From positions 18,447-82,446 of the forward strand of contig JAUXIK010000004.1 of NCBI GenBank assembly GCA_030620995.1: 64,000 bases of DNA, given 5' to 3'. Shown in pieces: positions 30,660-41,024 of the stretch (position 1 is its first letter; the number at the start of each line of letters is the position of its first letter). A model generated the notes under the pieces. The model had not been told where the DNA came from. It ran no database searches and saw only the letters and a list, made by a program, of their open reading frames with translations. A program made the translations under genes and the position numbers. This stretch comes from Candidatus Aegiribacteria sp. Its GTDB lineage: Bacteria; Fermentibacterota; Fermentibacteria; Fermentibacterales; JCC-6.

Positions 30660-30826
30660 GCACGCAAGTAAGAAGAATTCCCAGAATAAGTACTATAATC
30701 CCCGAGAGAAACATCAGACCCGTAATAACAGGGTGCAGTTTCTTCCCAAGCATTACAAATCCGGTAACGGAAAACAGGAATCCAGGTATCAGCAGAGCGA
30801 GGTAGGCGTAATTCAAAAGTTATCCT
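30660..30826 (-). CDS. Small (about 55 aa) two-TM membrane protein downstream of dnaJ
   Basis: GGGAGG RBS, 7 nt, then TTG; reads (M)NYAYLALLIPGFLFSVTGFVMLGKKLHPVITGLMFLSGIIVLILGILLTCVPDFFTN. Below the 60-aa cutoff of the ORF track. Confidence 0.3.
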
Positions 30827-30880
30827 CCCAATCAGATCTTGAGTTTGTTCATCCGGGAATAATATCCGTTTCTGTCTGCG

Positions 30881-31906
30881 TCAAGCTTTTCTTCTGCCGC
30901 TCTCTGCCAGTTTTTCCCAGAGAGCTTTCTCTTCAGCGGAAACAGACGGAGGGAGTTCCACATCAACATGAACGAGTTGATCTCCTTTTGTACCTCTGTA
31001 CAAAACTCCCTTGCCTGGAATTCTTAAAATGGTTTCGGGCTGAGTTCCAGGGTGAATGTTGAGCAGAATTTTCCCTTCAATAGTTCTTATCTTGAGCTTC
31101 GTGCCAAGGACAGCCTGTGGAGCAGTAATCTTCACGGTGCAGTGAATGTCCCTTCCCTCACGTCGGAGGAATCTGTCAGACATGATTCTAAGCTTCACCA
31201 GAACATGTTTGTGCGAGGGGGTTACAAGTCGAAGAACTGTCCCGTTATCTGAGCCGGGAGGAATGGTTATCTTAACGCTTTCACTGCTTGTAACTTCTCC
31301 GGTGCCGGCACACCTTTCGCAGATATTGGTATACGTTTTCCCCTGTCCCCCGCATGATGGACATGGAAGCACCATCTGTCCCTGCTGAATTCTTCCAGCT
31401 CCTCCGCACTGTGAACAGATTTTCTCTCCTGATCCACCTGCTCCCAGGCAGACGGGACAGGTAACAGGAACGGAGAGGTCTGTACGGACATCTCCACCCA
31501 GCGCAGCAGTCCTGAATGGAACAGAGATGACTACTGTCGGTCTTGATGCGGCTCGCTGACCGAATCCACCTCTGTTCCCAAATTCGAATCCGCCACCTCC
31601 GAACATGGAGCGCAGAATATCATCAAGTCCGCCGGAACCGAAAGGACTTCCTCCTCCAGCACCGGTTCCGTCAAAGTGGAAGCTGCCTCCTCCGCCCTTG
31701 CGCATGAGGTCATACTGGGATTTCTTCTCAGCATTCCCAAGAATATCATAGGCCTCGGAAATTTCCTTGAAACGCTCTTCTGCACCTGTATCTCCCGGAT
31801 TGGCATCAGGATGATACTTCTTGGCCAGCTTCCGATAAGCTTTCTTCAGTTCTTCAGGTGCAGCTTTCTCGTTAACTCCAAGAACTGAATAGAGGTCTTT
31901 ATTCAC
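30881..31906 (-). CDS. dnaJ: Chaperone DnaJ
   Basis: J-domain HPD (KKYHPDAN), a G/F-rich region and four CxxCxGxG zinc-finger repeats. Confidence 0.9.
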   Translation of the reverse strand: MNKDLYSVLGVNEKAAPEELKKAYRKLAKKYHPDANPGDTGAEERFKEISEAYDILGNAEKKSQYDLMRKGGGGSFHFDGTGAGGGSPFGSGGLDDILRSMFGGGGFEFGNRGGFGQRAASRPTVVISVPFRTAALGGDVRTDLSVPVTCPVCLGAGGSGEKICSQCGGAGRIQQGQMVLPCPSCGGQGKTYTNICERCAGTGEVTSSESVKITIPPGSDNGTVLRLVTPSHKHVLVKLRIMSDRFLRREGRDIHCTVKITAPQAVLGTKLKIRTIEGKILLNIHPGTQPETILRIPGKGVLYRGTKGDQLVHVDVELPPSVSAEEKALWEKLAESGRRKA

Positions 31907-32601
31907 TATTTCTGATTCTCTCTGGTACTGTTATTGAATGTTTGTCCGTTATCGGATACTGACGAGTGGTCTATCGGTTTTCCCACTTTCACCCTTGCAG
32001 GTCGAAGAAGTTCGTCTCCGAGCATATACCCTTTCTGAAACACCTCAAGAATAATATCCCTGTCCAGATCAGCAACCTCTTCGGCAAGCATTGCTTCGTG
32101 ATAATTAGGGTCGAATGGATCGTTCACCTCGACATCAAGGGGATGCAGTCCTTCCTGCCTGAGGATATCGGACAGCTGTCCGGATGTCCTGATGAGCCCT
32201 TCAGCAATCTCCTTGAGTGGATGATCACCTTCATCAATTAATTGCTCGGCGCGACTGTAATTATCAAGAACTGCCAGCAGTTCCTCAATCAGTTCTTTCT
32301 TTCCCTGAGTACAGAGCAGCTTGAAATCCCTGATCTGACGCTTCCTGTAATTATCGAAATCAGCCTGAAGCCTCAGAATTCTATCCCGAAGCTGTTCCTT
32401 CTCCAGTTCAGATTTCTCTTCCAATTCAGATAATCCACCGTTTATCTCCTCTGCTTCCGTTTCAGCATTCTCATCGCACTCAACGGTCTTCGGAGCAGGT
32501 TGTATTTTTCCGTCATCGTCCGGGGCAGCATCTACAGGAATTCTTCGACTGGTGGAAGTGTGCGTTACTCCCCGTTTTACTGTTCTTCTGGGGTCAGCCA
32601 T
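31906..32601 (-). CDS. grpE: Nucleotide exchange factor GrpE
   Basis: [13 protein letters not shown] motif and the GrpE C-terminal domain. Confidence 0.85.
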   Translation of the reverse strand: MADPRRTVKRGVTHTSTSRRIPVDAAPDDDGKIQPAPKTVECDENAETEAEEINGGLSELEEKSELEKEQLRDRILRLQADFDNYRKRQIRDFKLLCTQGKKELIEELLAVLDNYSRAEQLIDEGDHPLKEIAEGLIRTSGQLSDILRQEGLHPLDVEVNDPFDPNYHEAMLAEEVADLDRDIILEVFQKGYMLGDELLRPARVKVGKPIDHSSVSDNGQTFNNSTRENQK

Positions 32602-34508
32602 CAGTCATCAACTACTTCGTAATCCGCGTCAATCGTTTTTTCATCATCAGGTTCTGAATCCGGTCCTCCGGCTTCACCCGTTGGGGCCGAGGCTTCTCCG
32701 GCCTGCTGCTGATTCTTGTAGAATGCGGCTCCTACCTGTTTCCAGGTTTCCTGAAGGCTGTCGAACTTCTGTCTGATAATGTCATCGTCTTCACCATCAA
32801 GCGCTTTTTTCATTTCGGAAACCGATTCTTCAAGCCTCGATCTTTCAGCCGGGTCAAATTTGTCGCCGATATCCTTCAGTTGTTTTTCTATTTCAAAGAC
32901 CAGGGCATCCGCATGGTTTCTGCGCTCGATTATTTCCCTCTTCTTCGCGTCTTCCACAGCGTTGACTTCAGCGTCATGAACCATCTTCTTGATCTCTTCT
33001 TCGGAAAGACCGCTGGAGGCCTCGATCCTGATCTTCTGCTCCTTGCCAGTCGCTTTGTCCCTGGCCATCACATGCAGTATTCCGTTCGCGTCGATATCGA
33101 ACGTCACTTCAATCTGCGGCAATCCTCTTGGAGCGGGAGGGATTCCATCGAGAACAAACCTTCCGACAGCCCTGTTGTCCGCCGCCATTTTCCTCTCGCC
33201 CTGAAGTACGATAATTTCAACCTGCGGCTGATTGTCTGCCGCTGTGCTGAAAACCTGGCTCTTCTTGGTCGGAATTGTCGTGTTGCGTTCAATAATAGGT
33301 GTAGCAACTCCTCCGAGTGTCTCGATTCCAAGAGTAAGCGGAGTAACGTCAAGAAGAAGTACATCCTTAACGTCACCGGACAGCACTCCCGCCTGTATGG
33401 CGGCACCGACAGCGACCACTTCATCAGGATTTACGCCTTTGTGAGGCTCTTTCCCGAATATCTCGGTAACTTTTTTCTGAACCAGCGGCATTCGAGTCTG
33501 TCCTCCGACCAGAAGGACATCATCAACCTGTGAGTTGTCAAATCCCGAATCCTTAAGGGCACATTTGCAGGGATTAACAGTTCTCTGCACCAGATTATCA
33601 ACAAGCTGCTCGAGCTTGGCTCTGGAAAGAGTCATATCCAGATGCTTCGCGCCGGAGGAGTCAGCAGTTACGAATGGAAGATTGATGTTTGTGCTCTGGG
33701 TTGTGGAAAGCTCACACTTTGCTCTCTCTGCTGCTTCCTTCAGTCTCTGCAGGGCCATGGGATCCTTCGAAAGGTCAATTCCCTGCTGTTTCATGAACTC
33801 GTCAACCATCCAGTTGATTATTTCCTGATCAAAATCATCTCCGCCAAGGTGGGTGTCACCATTTGTCGATTTTACCTCGAATACGCCATCACCGATCTCA
33901 AGAATGGATATGTCAAAGGTTCCGCCTCCAAGATCGAATACCGCTATCGTCCTGTTGGATGATTCTTTGTCCAGCCCGTATGCGAGAGCGGCAGCTGTAG
34001 GTTCATTCACTATTCTTTCAACCTGGAGCCCGGCGATTTTCCCCGCGTCTTTCGTCGCCTGTCTCTGGCTGTCACTGAAATACGCGGGAACGGTAATAAC
34101 CGCCTTCTCCACCTTTTCTCCCAGGTAGTCCTCCGCGGTCTGTCTCATTTTCTGAAGGATCATCGCGGATATCTCAGGCGGGGAATACTTCTTACCAAGC
34201 GCTTCCACCAGGACGTCTCCGTTAGAACCCTCAACAACCTTGAAGGGAACTCTTTCCCTCTCAACTTTCATTTCACTGTATTTGCTGCCCATGAATCTCT
34301 TTATTGAGAATATGGTATTTTCGGGATTGGCCACAGCCTGCCTGCGGGCGACAACTCCCACGAGTCTTTCTCCATTGTCGTTGAAACCGACAACCGATGG
34401 AGTAGTTCTGGACCCTTCGGCATTGGGGATAACGGTAGGTTCACCGCCTTCCATAACAGCTACGCACGAATTCGTAGTTCCAAGATCAATTCCGATGATC
34501 TTTCCCAT
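32601..34508 (-). CDS. dnaK: Chaperone DnaK (Hsp70)
   Basis: [14 protein letters not shown] and full-length Hsp70 similarity. Confidence 0.95.
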   Translation of the reverse strand: MGKIIGIDLGTTNSCVAVMEGGEPTVIPNAEGSRTTPSVVGFNDNGERLVGVVARRQAVANPENTIFSIKRFMGSKYSEMKVERERVPFKVVEGSNGDVLVEALGKKYSPPEISAMILQKMRQTAEDYLGEKVEKAVITVPAYFSDSQRQATKDAGKIAGLQVERIVNEPTAAALAYGLDKESSNRTIAVFDLGGGTFDISILEIGDGVFEVKSTNGDTHLGGDDFDQEIINWMVDEFMKQQGIDLSKDPMALQRLKEAAERAKCELSTTQSTNINLPFVTADSSGAKHLDMTLSRAKLEQLVDNLVQRTVNPCKCALKDSGFDNSQVDDVLLVGGQTRMPLVQKKVTEIFGKEPHKGVNPDEVVAVGAAIQAGVLSGDVKDVLLLDVTPLTLGIETLGGVATPIIERNTTIPTKKSQVFSTAADNQPQVEIIVLQGERKMAADNRAVGRFVLDGIPPAPRGLPQIEVTFDIDANGILHVMARDKATGKEQKIRIEASSGLSEEEIKKMVHDAEVNAVEDAKKREIIERRNHADALVFEIEKQLKDIGDKFDPAERSRLEESVSEMKKALDGEDDDIIRQKFDSLQETWKQVGAAFYKNQQQAGEASAPTGEAGGPDSEPDDEKTIDADYEVVDD

Positions 34509-34864
34509 AGTTTCCTCTCCTGTTCTCTTTCTCCCGAAGGGAGTAAGTTTCTGTTAATAAATCTTTTCCGCCATTCGGCTTTCAATATTTGTTTCGGGAT
34601 TACACCCGCCTGCTAAAACTTCCTGAAAGGCTTCTTCTCTTTTATGTCACCGTTCAGGTTTCTTTTTTCCCAAATACAGTGGAGCAATCAACATGCCAGA
34701 AATTGGAAGAGTGCTATGCGGTTGCACATCAGATATTTACAATTCATCCAGACAATCGTTATCAACTCCTCCACAAAATATACGTGCTATTGTGGCACAT
34801 CCCTTGGGGGTATGGTGATATAGTATATTAAACGGTTAATATGGTCGCGGGAGGCAAGTTTTTT

Positions 34865-34924
34865 GGGGACACGCACCAGAGCGTCGTGCTTTTTGGGGAC
34901 ACGCACCAGAGCGTGCATGTCCCC
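34865..34924. repeat. REP family 2 doublet (GGGGACACGCACCAGAGCGTCGTGCTTTTT + GGGGACACGCACCAGAGCGTGCATGTCCCC), 12 bp upstream of the uvrA start
   Basis: Same family as 14779 and 46931. Confidence 0.6.
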
Positions 34925-34936
34925 GGGAGAATTAAT

Positions 34937-37768
34937 ATGGACAGGATAATCGTAAGAGGAGCCAGAGAGCACAACCTGAAAAACATTACGGTGGAATTTC
35001 CCCGTAATCAATTCGTGGTCCTTACCGGAGTATCCGGTTCAGGTAAGAGTTCATTCGCTTTCGACACGCTCTATGCTGAAGGACAGCGCCGTTACGTTGA
35101 GTCGCTTTCAGCTTACGCAAGACAATTCCTGGGACAGCTTGAAAAACCCCTTTACGAAAGTATCGAGGGATTATCACCCGCGATATCAATCGAACAGAAA
35201 ACCGTAAGCCATAATCCAAGGTCAACAGTAGGTACGGTAACTGAAATTTCCGATTATATGAGAGTTCTCTTCGCTCGAACGGGAATTCCTCACTGCCCTG
35301 AATGCGGCAGGGAGGTTTCAAGTCAGTCAACTCAGCAGATGCTCGACAGAATTCTGCAGATTCCTGCCGGAACCAGACTTCTGATCACAGCTCCGCTCAT
35401 TCGCAACAGAAAGGGAGTGCATGCTGATCTCTTCCCGGAATTGAGAAGAAAAGGATACGTTCGCGTGATGATCAACGGCAAGATACACAGTCTTGATGAA
35501 ACCCTGGCTCTCAATGCCAGGAAAAAGAATGATGTGTACCTGGTAGTTGACAGAATTATCTGTGGAGAAGGCAAAGACGCCTCGGGCAGACTCATGGACT
35601 CTGTGGAAACAGCTCTCAGTGAGGGAAACGGTATCATTTCGGTGATTAACGCCGATACGAATGAAGAGACGCTCATGAGCGAACACAGTGCCTGTGCCTG
35701 GTGCGGTATCAGCATGCCGGAACTTACTCCACAGCTCTTCAGCTTCAATAATCCCGCGGGTATGTGTGAGGAATGTTCGGGTCTCGGATACGAGATGAAG
35801 GCCGACCCGCTTCTGGTTATCCCGAGGAAAGCTCTTTCCATCAAGGACGGGGCTGTGGCACCCTGGGGAATTCCATCAGGCCAGGGAAATTATCTTGTCA
35901 AAGCTCTGTCCAAAGCACTGGATTTCAATATTGGCGCTCCGTGGAAAAGCCTGTCCGAAGACACACAGGACGCTATTCTTTACGGCGCTGGAGATAAGAA
36001 GATCAGTATTTCCTGGTCTTCAAGTAACAGCAGCGGAACCTGGGAAACAAAATGGGAAGGCGTGATACCGAGGCTGGAGCGCCGTCACCATTCTACCAGC
36101 AGCCAGGCAGCGAGGAAGCACTACGAGAAATTCTTCAACAGGACACACTGTTCTGCCTGCGAGGGCACAAGGTTAAGAAGAGAGGCCAGGGCTGTAACTG
36201 TCGGGGATAAAGGGATTCATGAACTGAATTCGATGACGGTCAAGGAGCTTCACAGTTTCTTTATTAATCTTGAACTCGACGACTGGCGGTTGAAGGTAGC
36301 GGGCGAACTTCTGAAGGAGATCAGGGGTCGTCTTGAATTTCTGATTAACGTCGGTCTTCACTACCTTACACTTGACAGGACAGCGCCATCCCTCTCAGGG
36401 GGAGAAGCCCAGAGAATAAGGCTTGCCAGCCAGATCGGCAGCGGTCTCACAGGAGTTCTTTATGTCCTTGATGAACCTACTATCGGCCTTCACCAGAGAG
36501 ACAATCTGAGGCTGCTGTCCACTCTCGACGAACTCAGGGATCTCGGTAACACGGTTCTGGTGGTGGAACATGACCATGAAACGATACTTCATGCCGATCA
36601 TATAATTGATTTCGGACCGGGAGCAGGTATTCATGGAGGCAATATTGTAGCAGCTGGAACCACTTTGGATATAATAGCCTCACCCGATTCGCTTACCGGG
36701 GATTACCTGTCCGGCCGCAAATTCATCCACAGAACGGTGCCCGTAGTATCAGGCATGGGAAAGAACTCCATCATCCTGAGAAAAGCCAGTCTCCATAATC
36801 TGAAGGATGTTACTCTTGAGGTTCCACTGGGAAGATTCATCTGCGTAACCGGTGTATCCGGATCAGGAAAGAGCTCCCTTATAAGCCAGACACTCTACCC
36901 CGCCCTTTCAGCGGTAACAGGGGGATCTTCAAAGGAGCGCCCCGGACCTTACGGATCTCTGGAGGGTGAGAAGAAAATCGATAAGGTGATAAACATATCA
37001 CAGGATCCCATCGGCAGAACTCCCAGATCGAATCCGGCTACTTACACCAAGGTTTTTGATCACATCAGAGAGCTTTTCGCAAAAACCTCCCAGGCAAAGA
37101 TCAGGGGATACAAACCCGGTAGATTCAGCTTCAATGTCAAAGGTGGAAGGTGCGAGGAGTGCAGGGGAGCCGGTGTAATTAAAATTGAAATGCACTTCCT
37201 GGCGGATGTTTTTGTTGAATGCAAAGAGTGCAGGGGTCATAGATTCAACAGAGAAACTCTCAAAATCACTTACAGGGGACTCAATATCTCAGAAGTTCTG
37301 GATCTCACCGTCAGCGAAGCTCTGAACCATTTCGAAAGGGTTCCGCAGGTGTACCGGATACTGAAAGTACTCGATGACGTGGGTCTTGGTTACCTGCAGC
37401 TGGGCCAGCAGGCCACGACTCTGTCCGGGGGAGAAGCCCAGAGAATCAAACTGGCGAGAGAGCTTGCCCGGCCCGGGTCATCTCATACCGTCTACATACT
37501 GGATGAACCGACTACAGGACTTCATTTCCACGATGTCAAGAAACTGCTGATGGTTCTGGGGCGGCTCGTAAAAGCGGGTAATACTGTCATCGTAATTGAA
37601 CACAACCTTGATGTTATCAAGAATGCCGGCTGGATTATCGATCTGGGTCCGGACGGAGGGGACGCCGGAGGAAGCATAATCGCCACCGGCACACCTGAAG
37701 AGCTGGCCGCGAATAAGAATTCATATACCGGACATTTCCTGAAGACAATTCTGGAAGCTGAAGCATGA
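34937..37768 (+). CDS. uvrA: Excinuclease ABC subunit A
   Basis: Two ABC ATPase modules (GVSGSGKSS twice, LSGGE signatures) and zinc-finger cysteines. The start is at MDRIIVRGAREHNL; the 32-aa extension on the track is REP-encoded. Confidence 0.95.
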   Translation: MDRIIVRGAREHNLKNITVEFPRNQFVVLTGVSGSGKSSFAFDTLYAEGQRRYVESLSAYARQFLGQLEKPLYESIEGLSPAISIEQKTVSHNPRSTVGTVTEISDYMRVLFARTGIPHCPECGREVSSQSTQQMLDRILQIPAGTRLLITAPLIRNRKGVHADLFPELRRKGYVRVMINGKIHSLDETLALNARKKNDVYLVVDRIICGEGKDASGRLMDSVETALSEGNGIISVINADTNEETLMSEHSACAWCGISMPELTPQLFSFNNPAGMCEECSGLGYEMKADPLLVIPRKALSIKDGAVAPWGIPSGQGNYLVKALSKALDFNIGAPWKSLSEDTQDAILYGAGDKKISISWSSSNSSGTWETKWEGVIPRLERRHHSTSSQAARKHYEKFFNRTHCSACEGTRLRREARAVTVGDKGIHELNSMTVKELHSFFINLELDDWRLKVAGELLKEIRGRLEFLINVGLHYLTLDRTAPSLSGGEAQRIRLASQIGSGLTGVLYVLDEPTIGLHQRDNLRLLSTLDELRDLGNTVLVVEHDHETILHADHIIDFGPGAGIHGGNIVAAGTTLDIIASPDSLTGDYLSGRKFIHRTVPVVSGMGKNSIILRKASLHNLKDVTLEVPLGRFICVTGVSGSGKSSLISQTLYPALSAVTGGSSKERPGPYGSLEGEKKIDKVINISQDPIGRTPRSNPATYTKVFDHIRELFAKTSQAKIRGYKPGRFSFNVKGGRCEECRGAGVIKIEMHFLADVFVECKECRGHRFNRETLKITYRGLNISEVLDLTVSEALNHFERVPQVYRILKVLDDVGLGYLQLGQQATTLSGGEAQRIKLARELARPGSSHTVYILDEPTTGLHFHDVKKLLMVLGRLVKAGNTVIVIEHNLDVIKNAGWIIDLGPDGGDAGGSIIATGTPEELAANKNSYTGHFLKTILEAEA

Positions 37769-37772
37769 CCGG

Positions 37773-40700
37773 TTAGTTTTCTGATGAGTTTCTCTCAAGC
37801 AGCATTTCTGACAGTGCGACAAAAGCCCTGAAAATATTTTTCACGCTTTGAGATACTCCAGTCGCATTATTCCATGCTGAGATAAGCCTTCCTCCATGTT
37901 CAAATTCCCTGGAAAGAACATGATATTTCCCCAGGATATCCGGATGATACTTTATTCTTCCGATTCTGCCCGGTTGGATTTCCTCCACAATCTTTCCTGC
38001 AAACAGGATTCCAACTTCAAACCTGCTTCCACATGCTGATTCCAGATATAGGTACTCGCTTCTGAATGCGTTCCGCAGCTTCCGGGCAATGCATTCAATC
38101 GAGGGGTTGTCAATCGTAAGCAGTTCAAGCGCAGCCTGATTCAGAGTATAGTCCCAGCCGGGGTCACCGGTATTGAAAGTCGTGAGTATCCCTGCATCCG
38201 GATAACCAGTACCAGCATCCACGCTCCAGGCGGTAGTCTGGTTGCGGCCTTTGTCCCTGCTCCTCTGAAGCGCTGCATAAGCTTTACTGACTATCATATC
38301 CAAACCGTCTTCCGAGGAATGTACTGTCGCTGAGCCAATACTCACTGTAACGGGAACCTGATCCGGTCTGATATCTTTGCCGGCAATTTCTCTGCAAATG
38401 CGCTCTGCTATCATGAAAGCGTTCTCACTGCCTGTATCGGGGAGTATTATCCCAAAAAGATCCTCCTTGATCCTGCCGATCATGTCGTTGGGACGAAGAG
38501 TCTGGGATATCGTAGAAACAACGGCCCTGAGGATTCCATCTCCCACTCTGAAACCGAAAAGTTCGTTGATCTTTCTCAACCCGTCCACATCAGCAAACAG
38601 TATGGATAAAGGAGCGCTCTCCGAAACATTCTCAGCAAGCAGCTCCTTCAGTCTTCTTGTCCATGAAAAGCCTATTACAGAACCGGTCATTGTATCTACA
38701 TATGCCATGGATTCTCTGTCTCTGAGGAGCAGAGCGGAACCTATCTGCCTGTAAAAACCTGAAAGGAAAACCTCTGTGCTTCTCTCCACTGTGTTGAAGG
38801 GCGTATCAATCTCGAGGAGCAGGTAATTCCCCTGATGCGCCTGAACTGATCGAAACCTTCTTTCAGCATGCAGCGGGATAACGGACTTCTCGGTTGGTAT
38901 CACTAAATACCTTCTGCTGCCGAACGGAGTGATTCCGAAGTTATCAATTTTCTGTATGTCTTCAGGATATTCAAGAATCGTTTTCTTCGCCTCCCAGTCC
39001 GGCAGTCTCTCTTTTCCGAACCCGTAACTCTCAATTATCCGGATTTCACCGTTATTTACTTTAAGAGCCAGAATCCTGTCCACTTTTACGAGGAATCCAA
39101 GTATCTCAAGGCTGCGGCTGATCTCCGATCGAGCGGATACCTTTTTGGACATGCTGGATATTTCTCTGATGATCTTACTCAAATCAGATTCAATTTTTCC
39201 GGCAAGAATATCCCGAAGCTCCGTCAGTGATCCTTCTGCACCCCCGGCGAGTTTCCTCAGTATCACGTCCCGTTCGCTGATATTTGATACACTCATGAAT
39301 CGAAGGCAAACATCATCTGGCAGTTGTCCGGCTATATGATGGTCAAGTTCCGCCAGTAACAGATACAGCTTCGCTTCCTCGGCAAATTGCCGGGAGAGAT
39401 TCAGTCTTGTCCTGCATCGCAGAATGAGCCATACCAGCAACAATCGGTCCATCTGTCTGGCAAGGATCTGCGCTGAACTGAAGAAGTCCTCCTTGTGTTC
39501 TTTCTTTGACGACAGAAGAGCGCTTATACACAGTTTCCAGGAAAGCACAGGTTCCTTCTTAAAACGGCCTGTAGAAGAATCAAGAGCGGCTGCAATGATC
39601 GCTGAAGACTTTTCAAACCCTTCAGCAAATGATTCCATAGCGAGAAACAGGGCATAGATGGCAGCTTCGCTTCCAGGTGATGACATCAGAAAGTCCGATA
39701 TGGCATCAGCTTCCTTAATTGGTTCTTCATTACGTTCGAGCTGCCGAAGAAAATTCACCGTTCCGGGAAGAAGAAGGTCCGCTTTTTCCGGAATCGGCGT
39801 TTCCCCTGTCAGGAATCCCAGAAAAGCTGAGCACCATTCCGTTACAGGCTCATCCGACAGAATTTTTTCAAACTGTAGAATTTCTTCTATTTCTGCCGAT
39901 GCACTCTGCGAATGGCGTATCTGGAGAGTTCGAAAATACATATCAGCAAGATGATCAAGCGCATACAGATGATTGGATACACTTCCACTTGTTGCAGCGT
40001 TTTTCGATACCCGTTCCATGATGGATATGAGATTTCTAATGGTGTATCCGGAACGTTCCTTCATCGCTATAACGATTGTATTGAGTATTTCCGCAACCGC
40101 CATCTGATCGTTGAGTTTCTCAGCCAGAAGAAGAGCCCGTTCAAGCATGGCCATTGCTTCTTTCTTCTTCCCGGAAACCATGTATACCTTCGCCCTGCAC
40201 CATTCCAGAGACTGTCTTGATGACGGGGATAAGATTCCTTCACGCGATAGAGCAGCCTGTATCGCGGTTTCCGATGCGGAGTTCATTCGAAGTACCGCCA
40301 GAGATACAGCTGCGGTGGCAAGAATCACAACAATAAGATCGTTATCCTCAAGTTCAGGCAGCCAGTTGATTATATCCTGGATTTTCGCCGCCGTTTTTCT
40401 CATTCCCTTGAAATCATGTGGAATTTCCACGATGCTCTCAAGAATTTCAGGAAGCCATGTTGCAGCTTCCACACTCATGCTCAGGTTCATTGCGTCATTC
40501 AGATGTTGCTCAGCAAGTGGAAATTTGTTATCCATCAGTTCAAGCTCGCCGAGTCGTGTCAGCGCCTTAGCTCTGTCAGATGAAGATTCAAGAGCAGGTA
40601 AGAGAGCTTCTAGGAATTCTCTTCCTGTTGAATGTTCGATATCTTTGAGTTTTCCCGGTTTATAAATTCCGAGAACTTCTCTTATTTCAGGAAGGAACAG

Positions 40701-40853
40701 AGTATTCGCCGGCAGACTTATGAGTTCGCTGATATAGTGCGCAACAAGTTTGAACTCACCTTTGTCTTTTGCCTGACGCAAGTCTGATAGAAGAAGATTT
40801 GCTCTTTCCCGAGGTGCGAGATCATCCGGTGATATTTCAGTCAACCTAACCAC
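37773..40853 (-). CDS. Large (1026 aa) signalling protein: N-terminal helical/TPR-like repeats, a degenerate GGDEF domain and a C-terminal extension of unknown function
   Basis: The GGDEF fold is recognisable (DVDGLRKINELFGFRVGDGIL...SIGSA...RNQ), but the active-site GG(D/E)EF is KEDLF while the I-site RxxD (RPND) is retained. Confidence 0.65.
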   Translation of the reverse strand: MVRLTEISPDDLAPRERANLLLSDLRQAKDKGEFKLVAHYISELISLPANTLFLPEIREVLGIYKPGKLKDIEHSTGREFLEALLPALESSSDRAKALTRLGELELMDNKFPLAEQHLNDAMNLSMSVEAATWLPEILESIVEIPHDFKGMRKTAAKIQDIINWLPELEDNDLIVVILATAAVSLAVLRMNSASETAIQAALSREGILSPSSRQSLEWCRAKVYMVSGKKKEAMAMLERALLLAEKLNDQMAVAEILNTIVIAMKERSGYTIRNLISIMERVSKNAATSGSVSNHLYALDHLADMYFRTLQIRHSQSASAEIEEILQFEKILSDEPVTEWCSAFLGFLTGETPIPEKADLLLPGTVNFLRQLERNEEPIKEADAISDFLMSSPGSEAAIYALFLAMESFAEGFEKSSAIIAAALDSSTGRFKKEPVLSWKLCISALLSSKKEHKEDFFSSAQILARQMDRLLLVWLILRCRTRLNLSRQFAEEAKLYLLLAELDHHIAGQLPDDVCLRFMSVSNISERDVILRKLAGGAEGSLTELRDILAGKIESDLSKIIREISSMSKKVSARSEISRSLEILGFLVKVDRILALKVNNGEIRIIESYGFGKERLPDWEAKKTILEYPEDIQKIDNFGITPFGSRRYLVIPTEKSVIPLHAERRFRSVQAHQGNYLLLEIDTPFNTVERSTEVFLSGFYRQIGSALLLRDRESMAYVDTMTGSVIGFSWTRRLKELLAENVSESAPLSILFADVDGLRKINELFGFRVGDGILRAVVSTISQTLRPNDMIGRIKEDLFGIILPDTGSENAFMIAERICREIAGKDIRPDQVPVTVSIGSATVHSSEDGLDMIVSKAYAALQRSRDKGRNQTTAWSVDAGTGYPDAGILTTFNTGDPGWDYTLNQAALELLTIDNPSIECIARKLRNAFRSEYLYLESACGSRFEVGILFAGKIVEEIQPGRIGRIKYHPDILGKYHVLSREFEHGGRLISAWNNATGVSQSVKNIFRAFVALSEMLLERNSSEN

Positions 40854-41024
40854 ATCCCGTCAATAAAGCAGATTTATTACATAATTGCACAGTTCTCCTT
40901 TCAGGTCAACTCCTAACACAGGCTAAGGGCGCTGACACTTGTTCATGCGCTCCACCGGGGTTATCTTTCTGCCTCTTCTGAATATGTGCCGTGACAATAC
41001 TTACTCTTGCGAAAGGACATTCAA

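Noticed and set aside
34509-34860. HrcA CIRCE element or sigma32 promoter upstream of dnaK
   Set aside because: I searched for TTAGCACTC-N9-GAGTGCTAA. Only a lone GAGTGCTA half-site occurs near 34709, with no partner.
34841-34936. N-terminal 32-aa extension of uvrA on the ORF track
   Set aside because: It is encoded by the REP doublet. Canonical UvrA starts at MDRIIVRG with a GGGAGA RBS at 34925-34930.
40854-41024. T-box leader upstream of valS
   Set aside because: No AGGGUGGNACCGCG T-box sequence or specifier/antiterminator arrangement is recognisable.
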